A stretch of 64,000 nucleotides of DNA from Methylophilaceae bacterium. GTDB lineage: Bacteria > Pseudomonadota > Gammaproteobacteria > Burkholderiales > Methylophilaceae. Location of the stretch: the NCBI GenBank assembly GCA_026419515.1, contig JANZZG010000065.1:8435-72434 (forward strand), read 5' to 3'. The notes beneath the pieces were generated by a model. The model was not told the DNA's origin and did no database searches. It saw only the letters and a program-made list of their open reading frames with translations. Made by a program: the position numbers and the translations under genes. Every line of letters starts with the position of its first letter. Position 1 is the first letter of the stretch. Positions 35,011-44,404 of the stretch are shown here, one piece after another.

Positions 35011-35112
35011 CGGCAATGGGTACGCGTCGAGAAAGTGCTCAGCCTTGAATTATTTTTCTCCTTCATCGATAATTTACGTTTTTGCATAATAGCGCCTGAA
35101 GGATATCAGAGC

Positions 35113-35313
35113 ATGAAACCCGACATTCACCCTGACTATCAGGAAATCACCGTGACATGCAGTTGCGGCAACACATTCAAAACCCGTTCGACCATTTGCA
35201 AGGACTTGCACATCGAAGTGTGTTCCCAATGTCACCCGTTTTACACGGGCAAGCAAAAAATCGTGGACACCGCTGGCCGTGTCGAAAAATTTCGCCAAAA
35301 GTATGGCATGTAA
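35113..35313 (+). CDS. rpmE: 50S ribosomal protein L31
   Basis: Start at [22 protein letters not shown]...[10 protein letters not shown] (35113). Zinc-ribbon Cys pairs are present (type A). Confidence 0.95.
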   Translation: MKPDIHPDYQEITVTCSCGNTFKTRSTICKDLHIEVCSQCHPFYTGKQKIVDTAGRVEKFRQKYGM

Positions 35314-35333
35314 TCGCTTACGGCAATGCCCTC

Positions 35334-35362
35334 AAAGGCAGCTTTGGCTGCCTTTTTTGTTT
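35334..35362 (+). terminator. Rho-independent terminator after rpmE
   Basis: AAAGGCAGC-TTTG-GCTGCCTTT followed by TTTGTTT. Confidence 0.8.
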
Positions 35363-35441
35363 GCTAGAATTGTTCCCGTCATGACGGGTTACACATCCCA
35401 CGCCGCACAGGTAAATAATTTGAACCCGCTGGAAATGTGAC

Positions 35442-37085
35442 GTGTCGATCGAACTCGAGCACGACTGGCAGTCGGTATTTGCCACCCCTAGACCCCGCCT
35501 TGGCGAACGGGCCAAGGTTCACCTACTGCTGCTACTTTGCGGCATCTGGATCATCATCGGTCTGGTTGGGCACAACCCATGGAAACCCGACGAGTTGCAA
35601 ACCATCAGCGTCATCAAGCATTTCCACGAAGGCGGAGACTGGCTCGCGCCGGCCATGGCAGGTGAGCCGTTCTCGAAAAAACCGCCGCTCTACTACCTGT
35701 CGGCTGCAGCTTTTGCATCTTTGTTCACGCCACTATTACCCTTCCACGATGCGGCACGCCTCGCCACCGGCCTGTGGATGGCCATCACGCTGGTGCTGGT
35801 GGGATTGACCGGGCGCGAATTGTGGGGTGCAGGTTGTGGGCGGCAAGCCACCCTGATTTTCCTGGGCTCGATCGGCCTGGTATTCTCGGCCCACACGCTC
35901 AATCCGGACGTCGCCGGTCTCACCGGCTATGCCCTCGTGTTCTACGGGCTGGCCTTGACACCGCGCAAGCCGTTGCGTGCCGGCCTGATCCTGGGCACCG
36001 GCGCGGGCATCGGATTTCTGGCCAAAGGCCCGTTGCCGGCCGAAATCGCGGCCATCACCGCTTTGCTACTTCCCTTGCTGTTTTGCCACTGGCGTCGTGC
36101 TTCTTATTTAGGGGTCCTGCTGATTGCTTGCGTCGCCGCGCTACCCTGGATCGCGCCATGGCTAGCCGGCCTCAAACAGCAGGCTCCGGAAATATTCAAA
36201 GCATGGCTTGCTTCCCAAAATACGGGGGAACTCAACTTTGCTTATTTCGCCAAGACCTTGAGCTGGTATGCATGGCCGGCCTTGCCACTGGCAGCGTGGG
36301 CGCTTTGGCGCATGCGACCGGACCATCCATCCATTCAACTTGCGCTGCTCTATTTCCTGGTGATGTTCGTCGCGCTCAGCATCGGTGCCGATAATCGCGA
36401 TATCCACGCCCTCCCCTTGCTGCTGCCGCTCGCAATGCTCGCCACCCCTGCCGTGGATACCCTGCGCCGAGGTGCGGCCAGCGCACTCGACTGGTTTGGT
36501 ATCATGTTGTTCGGTACATTGGGTTTTCTGGTCTGGCTGGGATGGTTTGCCATGGTGAGCGGGGTCCCCACGCGGCTTGCCATGCGCATGCACAAACTAT
36601 CGCCGACCTACGTGCCCCATTTCGACTGGCTTGCTTTCCTGCTCGCTTGCGCCATCACTGCCATCTGGGCCGCAGTGGTATTCAAAGCCAACAAGCGCAG
36701 CAACCGCGCAGCCGTCACGGATTGGGCGGTGGGCATGACCCTGGCGTGGGGGCTCCTCATGACACTTTGGTTGCCTTGGCTGGACGCTGCCAAAAGCTAT
36801 GCTGGGGCATTCGAATCGTTACGCAAAGCGCTGCCCGCTCATTATGCATGCATCATCGGGCGCAACATAGGCGAAACACAACGCGCCGCTCTGGACTATC
36901 ATGCCAACGTACGTATCCAGCGCTTCGAAATCACCCAAAGCATGATGGGGTGTGATCTTTATCTGATCCAGCATGAGCGCGGAATGGAAAGAATCGAGCC
37001 GGGACCCGACTGGCGTCTGATTTGGGAAGGCAGGCGCCCTACTGATCGCCGCGAGAGTTTCCGACTCTACCAACGCATCCATTGA
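35442..37085 (+). CDS. ArnT/PMT-like membrane glycosyltransferase (GT39/GT83-like)
   Basis: 547 aa, more than 10 TM helices. The N-terminal region (GLVGHNPWKPDELQTISVIKH...PPLYY) is typical of undecaprenyl-phosphate-sugar dependent transferases. GTG start. Confidence 0.65.
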   Translation: MSIELEHDWQSVFATPRPRLGERAKVHLLLLLCGIWIIIGLVGHNPWKPDELQTISVIKHFHEGGDWLAPAMAGEPFSKKPPLYYLSAAAFASLFTPLLPFHDAARLATGLWMAITLVLVGLTGRELWGAGCGRQATLIFLGSIGLVFSAHTLNPDVAGLTGYALVFYGLALTPRKPLRAGLILGTGAGIGFLAKGPLPAEIAAITALLLPLLFCHWRRASYLGVLLIACVAALPWIAPWLAGLKQQAPEIFKAWLASQNTGELNFAYFAKTLSWYAWPALPLAAWALWRMRPDHPSIQLALLYFLVMFVALSIGADNRDIHALPLLLPLAMLATPAVDTLRRGAASALDWFGIMLFGTLGFLVWLGWFAMVSGVPTRLAMRMHKLSPTYVPHFDWLAFLLACAITAIWAAVVFKANKRSNRAAVTDWAVGMTLAWGLLMTLWLPWLDAAKSYAGAFESLRKALPAHYACIIGRNIGETQRAALDYHANVRIQRFEITQSMMGCDLYLIQHERGMERIEPGPDWRLIWEGRRPTDRRESFRLYQRIH

Positions 37086-37102
37086 AATTTGAAGTCGTTA
37101 GA

Positions 37103-39895
37103 CTAGGCCGTGGCGACAGCCTCGTTGGCATACCCCCATTCCGGACCGAGTTCTCCTCCTTTGGTCACACGTACCGCACAGTATTTGACCTCCGCAATCT
37201 TGGCATAAGGATCGAGTGCCTGGTTGGTCAATTTGTTGGCGGCCGCCTCGTAATAACAAAATGGCATGAACACCGATCCGCGCGGGATGCCATCGTCAGC
37301 GCGCGCATACAACGCCACCTTGCCCCGCCGTGATTCTACAGTCAACACATCGCCGGCCTCGGCCCCTATAGCGTCCAGATCCAATGGATGCACACTGACG
37401 GTCGGAATCGGCTCGATGGCATCCAGCACCGAAGCACGGCGTGTCATCGAGCCAGTGTGCCAGTGCTCGAGTTGTCGACCCGTGATCAACACGAATGGAT
37501 ATTCGGCATCTGGCCGCTCGTCCGCAGGAATGATATCGACCGGCACGATGCGGGCACGACCATTCGGCCGTGGGAAACTTTCGGTGAAAATCACTTCCTG
37601 TCCGGCATCCCCTTCCTGCTCACACGGATAGGTGACGGCACTTTCTTTCTCCAATCGCTCCCAAGTAATGCCAGAAATGGATTTCATGACCAGACGCATT
37701 TCCTCGAATACATCGCGTGCGCTGGTATAGTTCCAATCCAGCCCGAGTCGGCGGGCGATTTCCTGAATGATCCACAGGTCCTGCCGTGCATCACCCGGCG
37801 GCTCAATGGCCTGACGGCCCAGTTGCACCAGACGATCGGTATTGGTAAACGTACCCGTCTTCTCGGGATATGCGGAAGCCGGCAGAATGACATCGGCAAA
37901 AAAAGCCGTTTCCGTCATGAAAATGTCCTGCACGATCAAATGTTCCAGCGCTGCCAACCCTTCGCGGGCATGATGGGTGTTGGGATCGGACATGGCCGGG
38001 TTTTCTCCCTGGATGTACATCCCCCGGATTTCCCCCCTGCACGCCGCATCGATGATTTCCACTACGGTGAGGCCCGGTTTACTGTCTAGTGGCTTCCCCC
38101 AGAACTTCTCGAACTTGGCCTGTGCCTTGGGATCGTCCACCCGCTGATAATCCGGATAACACATTGGAATCAAACCGACATCGGAAGCCCCCTGCACGTT
38201 GTTCTGGCCACGCAATGGATGCAAGCCGGTGCCTCTTCTGCCGATCTGGCCAGTCACCATACTGAGCGCAATCAGACAGCGGGCGTTGTCGGTACCATGC
38301 ACGTGCTGCGATACCCCCATGCCCCACAGAATCATGGAGGCCTTGGAGGTGGCATAAAGGCGTGCGACTTCACGCAGGGTCTTGGCATCGATCCCGCAAA
38401 TCGGTGCCATGGCTTCGGGCGTATACCCCTGGATGTTCTGCTTGAGCGCCTCGTAATTCTCGGTACGATTACGGATGAACTCCTCATCGACTAGGCCTTC
38501 GGTCACGATGACGTTCAGCATCGCGTTGAGCATCGCCACATCGGTATCTGGCTTGAATTGGAGAAAATAGGTTGCATGCCGAGCCAGCTCGGTGCGACGC
38601 GGATCCATCAGAATCAGTTTGGTGGTGCCCTTCTTTACCGCGTTCTTGATGAAGGTTGCAGCCACCGGGTGGTTGACGACCGGATTGGCGCCGATGAGCA
38701 TCACCACCTCGGCATACTGCACATCGGACACCGGATTGGAGACCGCGCCCGAACCCACCCCTTCCAGTAATGCCACCACCGAAGAGGCATGACACAACCG
38801 CGTGCAGTGATCCACATTGTTGGTACCAAAGCCGGTACGCACCAGCTTCTGGAACAGATAGGCCTCCTCGTTGCTCCCCTTGGCGGAGCCGAAACCTGCC
38901 AGCGCATATTTGCCATGGCGGGCCAGGATCTTTTTCAGTCCTTCTGCGGCGAAATCCAATGCTTCTTCCCAACTTGCCTCGCGGAATGCCGTGTAAGGAT
39001 TGGCCGGGTCCATTTCGCCGTGAGGATGTTTGGGAACCCCTGGCTTACGAATCAATGGACGGGTCAACCGCTGCTGGTGTGCCGTGTAATCAAAACCATA
39101 GCGTCCTTTGACGCACAACCGGCCGTGATTGGCAGGGCCATCACGCCCGGTCACGCGGATGATCTTGTTGTCTTTGACATGATAGGTCAGCTGACAACCC
39201 ACACCACAGAAAGGACAGCCGGAATCCACCTGTTTGTCCGCTACCACCCGCGCAGAGCCATTCGCTGGAGCCAACGCGCCCGTCGGACAGGCTTGCACAC
39301 ATTCACCACAAGTCACACAGGTCGAATCCCCCATCAGGTCACCCTGGTCGAACACGATTTCTGCACGGCTGCCACGGAACGCGTAACCGATCACGTCATT
39401 GACCTGAACTTCGCGGCAGGCACGCAGACAGCGCGTGCACTGGATACAGGCATCCAGATTGACGGCAATCGCCGGGTTGGACAAATCGGCAGGTGGCGAC
39501 TGGCGCGGTGCGAAACGCGGCTTGCCCACCCCCATTTTGCGCGCCCACTGGGTAAGTTCGTTGTTTAAGGTGTATTCCTGCTCTGGCATGTCGGATAGCA
39601 ACAGCTCCAGCACCATCTTTTGAGCTGCCATTGCCCGCGGGCTCGTTGCCCAAATCTCCATGTCAGGTGAAGGGGCCCGACAGCAGGAGGGCGCGAGCAC
39701 CCGTTCCCCCTTGATCTCGACTACGCAGGCACGACAGTTTCCATCGGGACGTAAGCCGTCCTTGTAACACAAATGGGGAATTTCGGTGCCCGCGCGACGC
39801 GCGGCTTGCAAAATGGTCTCACCTGGTAATGCTTCGATTCTCTCCCCATCGAGCAGAAACGAAATGGTATTGGCAGGGGCGTTCATGATCGGCAC
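37103..39895 (-). CDS. NAD-linked formate dehydrogenase alpha subunit (Mo/W-bis-PGD; Cys ligand)
   Basis: 930 aa. The N-terminal region has 2Fe-2S and 4Fe-4S Cys clusters (NCRACVVEI, CIQCTRCLRAC, CVTCGECVQACP), followed by a molybdopterin domain with HCTRLCHASSV. Cys occupies the position where Sec-type enzymes have U, and there is no in-frame TGA. Confidence 0.85.
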   Translation of the reverse strand: MPIMNAPANTISFLLDGERIEALPGETILQAARRAGTEIPHLCYKDGLRPDGNCRACVVEIKGERVLAPSCCRAPSPDMEIWATSPRAMAAQKMVLELLLSDMPEQEYTLNNELTQWARKMGVGKPRFAPRQSPPADLSNPAIAVNLDACIQCTRCLRACREVQVNDVIGYAFRGSRAEIVFDQGDLMGDSTCVTCGECVQACPTGALAPANGSARVVADKQVDSGCPFCGVGCQLTYHVKDNKIIRVTGRDGPANHGRLCVKGRYGFDYTAHQQRLTRPLIRKPGVPKHPHGEMDPANPYTAFREASWEEALDFAAEGLKKILARHGKYALAGFGSAKGSNEEAYLFQKLVRTGFGTNNVDHCTRLCHASSVVALLEGVGSGAVSNPVSDVQYAEVVMLIGANPVVNHPVAATFIKNAVKKGTTKLILMDPRRTELARHATYFLQFKPDTDVAMLNAMLNVIVTEGLVDEEFIRNRTENYEALKQNIQGYTPEAMAPICGIDAKTLREVARLYATSKASMILWGMGVSQHVHGTDNARCLIALSMVTGQIGRRGTGLHPLRGQNNVQGASDVGLIPMCYPDYQRVDDPKAQAKFEKFWGKPLDSKPGLTVVEIIDAACRGEIRGMYIQGENPAMSDPNTHHAREGLAALEHLIVQDIFMTETAFFADVILPASAYPEKTGTFTNTDRLVQLGRQAIEPPGDARQDLWIIQEIARRLGLDWNYTSARDVFEEMRLVMKSISGITWERLEKESAVTYPCEQEGDAGQEVIFTESFPRPNGRARIVPVDIIPADERPDAEYPFVLITGRQLEHWHTGSMTRRASVLDAIEPIPTVSVHPLDLDAIGAEAGDVLTVESRRGKVALYARADDGIPRGSVFMPFCYYEAAANKLTNQALDPYAKIAEVKYCAVRVTKGGELGPEWGYANEAVATA

Positions 39896-39897
39896 AC

Positions 39898-41583
39898 TTA
39901 CTTCAATTCATCAGGAAAATATTTCATCACGCTGCGCAAAGGATTGGGAGCAGCCTGTCCCAAACCGCAAATCGAGGCATCCATCATAGTCCCAGACAAC
40001 TCCTCCAACAATGGCTGATCCCATTGGGGTTTTTTCATCAGCTGTACCGCCTTTGCCGTTCCCACCCGGCAAGGCGTGCATTGACCGCAAGATTCGTCCT
40101 CGAAGAACTGCATGGCATTGAGTGCAAGATCGCGTGCCTTGTCGTGCTGGGAAAACACGATGATGGCGGCGGAACCGATGAAACAACCATAAGGGTTCAA
40201 TGTATCGAAATCGAGTGGAATGTCGCCCATCGAAGCAGGCAGAATGCCGCCAGAGGCCCCGCCCGGGAAATAGCCATAGAATTCGTGCCCATCCTGCATG
40301 CCACCGCAGTATTCATCGATCAGCTCACGTACGGTGATGCCGGCGGGCGCCAAATGCACGCCAGGCTTTTTGACGCGACCGCTCACCGAGAATGAGCGCA
40401 ACCCCTTGCGGCCATTCCGCCCAAACGAAGTAAACCATTCCGGCCCCTTTTCCACGATGTCGCGCACCCAATATACGGATTCCATGTTGTGCTCCAACGT
40501 GGGCCGACCAAATAATCCCACTTGTGCCACGAAAGGGGGGCGCAGGCGCGGCATGCCACGTTTGCCTTCGATGGATTCGATCATGGCCGACTCTTCACCA
40601 CAAATATAAGCGCCGGCACCTCTTCGCAAATGGATCGGTGGCAGCGGCGCAGGCGGGGCTTGCCGCAGGTTGTCGAGCTCGCGCTGCAAAATCTTGCGGC
40701 AGCCGGCGTATTCGTCGCGCAGGTAGATGTAGATCTCGCTCGCCCCGACTGCCCATGCGGCGATGAGCATGCCTTCCAGGAATCGGTGCGGGTCGAGCTC
40801 CAGATAATGCCGGTCCTTGAACGTCCCCGGCTCACCCTCGTCGATATTGACCGCCATCAGGCGTGGCGCCGGCTGCTGACTCACGATGCGCCATTTGCGC
40901 CCGACCGGAAACCCTGCGCCCCCCAACCCGCGCAAACCGGAATTTTCCATGATGGTGATCAATTCTTCCGGCGTGCGCTTGCCAGCAATGCACGCCTGGT
41001 AGAGCTGGTAACCTCCCCCGGCCTGGTAAGCCTCATAGGAAAGATAGTCGGCCACCGGAGCGTCGGTCTGCTTGGATTCGACCGCAGCACTCACCGACTG
41101 CAGACTGGCATGATCAATGGGATTCTGCCCGACCACGGCCACAGGAGCATGCTGACAGCGGCCCACACAAGGCACGGGCTGAATGCGCACGCCGTCACCC
41201 AGTCCTTTTTTGAGAGCGTTGATGAGATCGTGCGCCCCTGCCATCGCACAGCTGATCGATTCACATACACGGACGGTCAATGGGGGAGGGGGGATCTGAC
41301 CTTCCTTGATGACATCGAAGTGATGGTAGAAAGTCGCCACCTCATAGACCTCGACCTGCGACAGTTTCATCTCCGAAGCCAGCGCAGCGATGTGCTTGGA
41401 GGAAATATAGCCGAATTTATCCTGGATTTTGTGCAGATGCTCGATCAACATATCCCGCGCACGCGACTCATTCCCGAGTAACTCGCGTACCTCGGCCAGT
41501 GCCACTGGGTCGACCGATCTTCCTTTGGGCTTGCCAATTTTCAATGTTCGAGCCTTGGAAACTTCAGTTTCTTTGCCAGACAT
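39898..41583 (-). CDS. Formate dehydrogenase beta subunit, fused NuoE-like and NuoF-like domains (NAD/FMN/Fe-S)
   Basis: 561 aa. The N-terminal part is a thioredoxin-like 2Fe-2S domain (VCESISCAMAG...CVGRCQHAP). The C-terminal part is NuoF-like (GLRGLGGAGFPVGRKW, ESCGQCTPCRVG). Confidence 0.85.
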   Translation of the reverse strand: MSGKETEVSKARTLKIGKPKGRSVDPVALAEVRELLGNESRARDMLIEHLHKIQDKFGYISSKHIAALASEMKLSQVEVYEVATFYHHFDVIKEGQIPPPPLTVRVCESISCAMAGAHDLINALKKGLGDGVRIQPVPCVGRCQHAPVAVVGQNPIDHASLQSVSAAVESKQTDAPVADYLSYEAYQAGGGYQLYQACIAGKRTPEELITIMENSGLRGLGGAGFPVGRKWRIVSQQPAPRLMAVNIDEGEPGTFKDRHYLELDPHRFLEGMLIAAWAVGASEIYIYLRDEYAGCRKILQRELDNLRQAPPAPLPPIHLRRGAGAYICGEESAMIESIEGKRGMPRLRPPFVAQVGLFGRPTLEHNMESVYWVRDIVEKGPEWFTSFGRNGRKGLRSFSVSGRVKKPGVHLAPAGITVRELIDEYCGGMQDGHEFYGYFPGGASGGILPASMGDIPLDFDTLNPYGCFIGSAAIIVFSQHDKARDLALNAMQFFEDESCGQCTPCRVGTAKAVQLMKKPQWDQPLLEELSGTMMDASICGLGQAAPNPLRSVMKYFPDELK

Positions 41584-41733
41584 TCTTTTGCCTCAAGTAT
41601 CTTAATCTTAATGACGGATAGGTGTAACCACACGGGATCGCGCAGCATCAAGCCAAGGCACCATAGCTTTGGTTACATACTGCCTTGCCTGCCCCTCAAG
41701 CGGATACACAAGACGCGATCATTGCTGTGCGTT

Positions 41734-41761
41734 CCATCGCTACGACCAATCGTTGCGATGG
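41734..41761. promoter_or_regulatory. 28-nt near-perfect palindrome in the fdh/aor divergent intergenic region
   Basis: CCATCGC-T-ACGA-CCAA-TCGT-T-GCGATGG, i.e. 7+4 bp arms with one T:T mismatch. Function unknown. Confidence 0.3.
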
Positions 41762-41893
41762 CTCCATTTGCATCAACGTGCGCATGATAATCGAAAAGCT
41801 GCGCTCTGGTAGCGTTTCCATAGCGAATTGTAACCCAGCTGCACGAGAACGACTCTCCGGTCATCGTGCACTTGGTATGTCCGGTTATGTTTT

Positions 41894-41908
41894 ATCGTAT
41901 ATACCGAT
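41894..41908. promoter_or_regulatory. ATCGTATATACCGAT: candidate ModE-type half-site/operator upstream of aorA
   Basis: Contains the 8-bp palindrome GTATATAC flanked by ATC/CGAT. It resembles the CG-n-TATATA half-sites recalled for ModE operators. It lies 154 nt upstream of the aorA ATG. Pattern match only. Confidence 0.25.
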
Positions 41909-42061
41909 GTGCGCGTAAATAAATCTTTTCATTTCAATATGTTGAGAAGTTCTATCACGCCGTTTGACGCAATGGCGTCTCATGAACTACGCTTAACTTC
42001 CAAATACCGCGGCATGACGATGATCGGCCCGGTCGATACGTCACCACATAGAGGAGCCTGC

Positions 42062-42538
42062 ATGATGTTGAAATCACTGTACATCAATCCCGAAAAGTGT
42101 ACTGGATGCCTGCAATGTGAGATGGCCTGCTCTTACGAGCATGAGGGGGTGTTCAATATTTCCAAGTCACGCATCAAGGTGTTCGATTTCCATCATGAAG
42201 GCCGCAAAGTCCCCTATACCTGCACCCAATGCGCAGAAGCCTGGTGCCTACATGCTTGTCCGGTCGAAGCCATCAGGCTGGACGCCGACACCGGCGCCAA
42301 AATGGTGTACGACAACATCTGCGTGGGATGCAAGGTATGCACCATCGCCTGCCCTTTTGGCACCATCAATTACAACGGCGACACGGGCAAGGTGATGAAA
42401 TGCGACCTGTGTGGGGGTGATCCGGCTTGCGCCAACGCTTGCCCCACCGGTGCCATCACCTATGTGGACGCCAACTGGACTGGTCTCGACAAGATGCGCA
42501 TGTGGGCGCACAAAACCGATACCCAACCCCGAGCATGA
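42062..42538 (+). CDS. Tetra-[4Fe-4S] ferredoxin-like electron-transfer subunit (AorA-like)
   Basis: Start at MMLKSLYINPEKCTGCLQCEMAC (42062; GAGGAG 6 nt upstream). Four Cys cluster motifs are present: CTGCLQCEMAC, CTQCAEAWCLHACP, CVGCKVCTIACP and CDLCGGDPACANACP. Confidence 0.85.
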   Translation: MMLKSLYINPEKCTGCLQCEMACSYEHEGVFNISKSRIKVFDFHHEGRKVPYTCTQCAEAWCLHACPVEAIRLDADTGAKMVYDNICVGCKVCTIACPFGTINYNGDTGKVMKCDLCGGDPACANACPTGAITYVDANWTGLDKMRMWAHKTDTQPRA

Positions 42539-42550
42539 GGAGAAAGCAGC

Positions 42551-44401
42551 ATGGCATGGCACCGTAAAATACTCCGGGTCAATCTAACCCAAGGGACTTG
42601 CACCGCCGAACCGCTCAACATGGAATGGGCCCAGCAATATCTCGGTCAGCGCGGGCTCGCCACCAAGTATTTCTGCGAAGAGGTGGATCCAAAAGTCGAT
42701 CCGCTCTCCCCGGAAAACAAGTTGATCTACGCCACCGGCCCGCTCACCGGCACCATGGCTTCCACCGGTGGCCGCTATTCGGTCGTCACCAAAGGTGCGC
42801 TCACTGGCGCCATCGCCTGTTCCAATTCGGGCGGGTACTTCGGTGCGGAATTACGTTTCGCTGGCTGGGACATGATCATCTTCGAAGGAAGATCACCCCA
42901 ACCAGTCTATTTACACATCGAGGACGACAAAGCCGAGCTGCTGCCCGCCGAAAACTTCATCTGGGGCAAGAGCGTGTGGGATACGGAAGCGCTGATCAAG
43001 CAGCGCCATCAGGATCCCTTGATGCGCGTCTCCTGCATCGGCAAAGCCGGTGAAAACGGTGTCCTGTTCGCCGCCATCGTCAACGATTTGCACCGCGCTG
43101 CGGGGCGTTCCGGCGTCGGGGCGGTAATGGGATCGAAAAACCTCAAGGCGGTCGCGGTACGCGGTACCAAAGGGGTGGGAAACATTCATGATCCCAAGGC
43201 GTTCTTCGCTGCGGTCAATGCGGCAAAGAAAGTACTGCACGACAATCCAGTCACGGGCCAGGGTTTGCCCAAATATGGCACTCAAGTGCTGATGAACGTG
43301 ATCAACGAGATCGGCGCATCCCCCACGCGCAACCATCGGGACGTGCAGTTCGAAGGCGCTTCCAAGATTTCCGCGGAGGCGATGCATGAGAAACGTCCCA
43401 CTGATGGCAAGACGCATCTCGTCACCAACCAGGCGTGCTTCGGCTGCACCATCGCCTGTGGCCGGATTTCCCGCATCGACGAAACACATTTCAGCGTCAG
43501 GACCAGTCCCCAGTACTGGGGCGCCAATGGTGGGCTGGAATACGAGGCCGCCTGGGCTTTTGGCAACGCCAACGGCGTGGACGATCTGGAGGCGCTGCAG
43601 TTTTGCAACCTGCTGTGCAACGAGCACGGGATCGACCCCATTAGCATGGGGGCAACTGTCGGCGCAGTGATGGAATTGTATGAAATCGGGGCCTTGAGCA
43701 AGGAAGAAATCGGCTTCGAAGCGCCCTTCGGTTCCGCCGAAGCGCTGATCAAACTGGTCAAGATGACCGCCGAAGGTGAAGGATTCGGCAAGATCGTCGG
43801 CCTGGGTTCCAAGCGGCTTACCGAGAAGTATGGGCATCCTGAGCTTTCCATGTCGGTCAAAGGCCAAGAATTTCCGGCCTACGATGGTCGTGCCCTGCAG
43901 GGCATGGGGTTGGAGTATGCCACCTCCAACCGTGGCGCTTGCCACTTGCGCGGTTACATGGTGGCGAGCGAGGTGCTAGGCATTCCTTACAAGACCGATC
44001 CCCAGGCCACCGAAGGCAAGCCCGAGCTGCTCAAGGCATTCCAGGATGCCACCGCGGTTGTGGACTCTTCGGGCCTGTGCGTGTTCACCACCTTTGCCTG
44101 GGGCTTGCCGGACATCCAGGCACAAATACAGGCCGCTTGCGAAGGCGACTGGTCGCTGGAAAAGCTCAACCTGGTGGGCGAGCGCATCTGGAACCTGGAG
44201 CGTGAATTCAATCTGAAAGCAGGCTTTACCGCCAAAGACGACACACTGCCACCGCGACTCCTCAAGGAAGGCTGCAAGACCGGCCCTCAAAAAGGGGCCG
44301 TGTCCAGAATCGACATCATGATGCCGAAGTATTACGAGGTGCGGGGCTGGGATGCCAATGGCGTGCCGACTCCGGAAACCCGTGCGCGGTTGGGGTTGTG
44401 A
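42551..44401 (+). CDS. Aldehyde:ferredoxin oxidoreductase family catalytic subunit (AorB-like, W/Mo-pterin plus 4Fe-4S)
   Basis: 616 aa, with typical AOR-family sequence: MAWHRKILRVNLTQG..., GGRGLATKY, CFGCTIACGR and SNRGACHLRG. Confidence 0.9.
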   Translation: MAWHRKILRVNLTQGTCTAEPLNMEWAQQYLGQRGLATKYFCEEVDPKVDPLSPENKLIYATGPLTGTMASTGGRYSVVTKGALTGAIACSNSGGYFGAELRFAGWDMIIFEGRSPQPVYLHIEDDKAELLPAENFIWGKSVWDTEALIKQRHQDPLMRVSCIGKAGENGVLFAAIVNDLHRAAGRSGVGAVMGSKNLKAVAVRGTKGVGNIHDPKAFFAAVNAAKKVLHDNPVTGQGLPKYGTQVLMNVINEIGASPTRNHRDVQFEGASKISAEAMHEKRPTDGKTHLVTNQACFGCTIACGRISRIDETHFSVRTSPQYWGANGGLEYEAAWAFGNANGVDDLEALQFCNLLCNEHGIDPISMGATVGAVMELYEIGALSKEEIGFEAPFGSAEALIKLVKMTAEGEGFGKIVGLGSKRLTEKYGHPELSMSVKGQEFPAYDGRALQGMGLEYATSNRGACHLRGYMVASEVLGIPYKTDPQATEGKPELLKAFQDATAVVDSSGLCVFTTFAWGLPDIQAQIQAACEGDWSLEKLNLVGERIWNLEREFNLKAGFTAKDDTLPPRLLKEGCKTGPQKGAVSRIDIMMPKYYEVRGWDANGVPTPETRARLGL

Positions 44402-44404
44402 GCC

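Noticed and set aside
37103-39895. Selenocysteine (in-frame TGA) in the formate dehydrogenase alpha subunit.
   Set aside because: The ORF is uninterrupted for 930 codons and the active-site position reads Cys (RLCHASSV). No SECIS-type recoding is needed.
41673-41918. Two mutually overlapping small ORFs (63 aa on the minus strand, 77 aa on the plus strand) in the fdh/aor intergenic region.
   Set aside because: They have no RBS and no GC3 coding bias, unlike the neighbouring genes, and they overlap each other antisense. The region was treated as non-coding control DNA.
41584-42061. Possible Moco riboswitch or sigma54 promoter upstream of fdh, aorA or moaA (also checked at 46720-46838).
   Set aside because: I could not recognise the conserved Moco-motif core by eye. 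The best -24/-12-like match (minus strand TGGTGC-N5-CTTGA near 41640-41660) has wrong spacing and lacks the GC of the -12 element. A covariance-model search is needed to settle this, so no feature is claimed.
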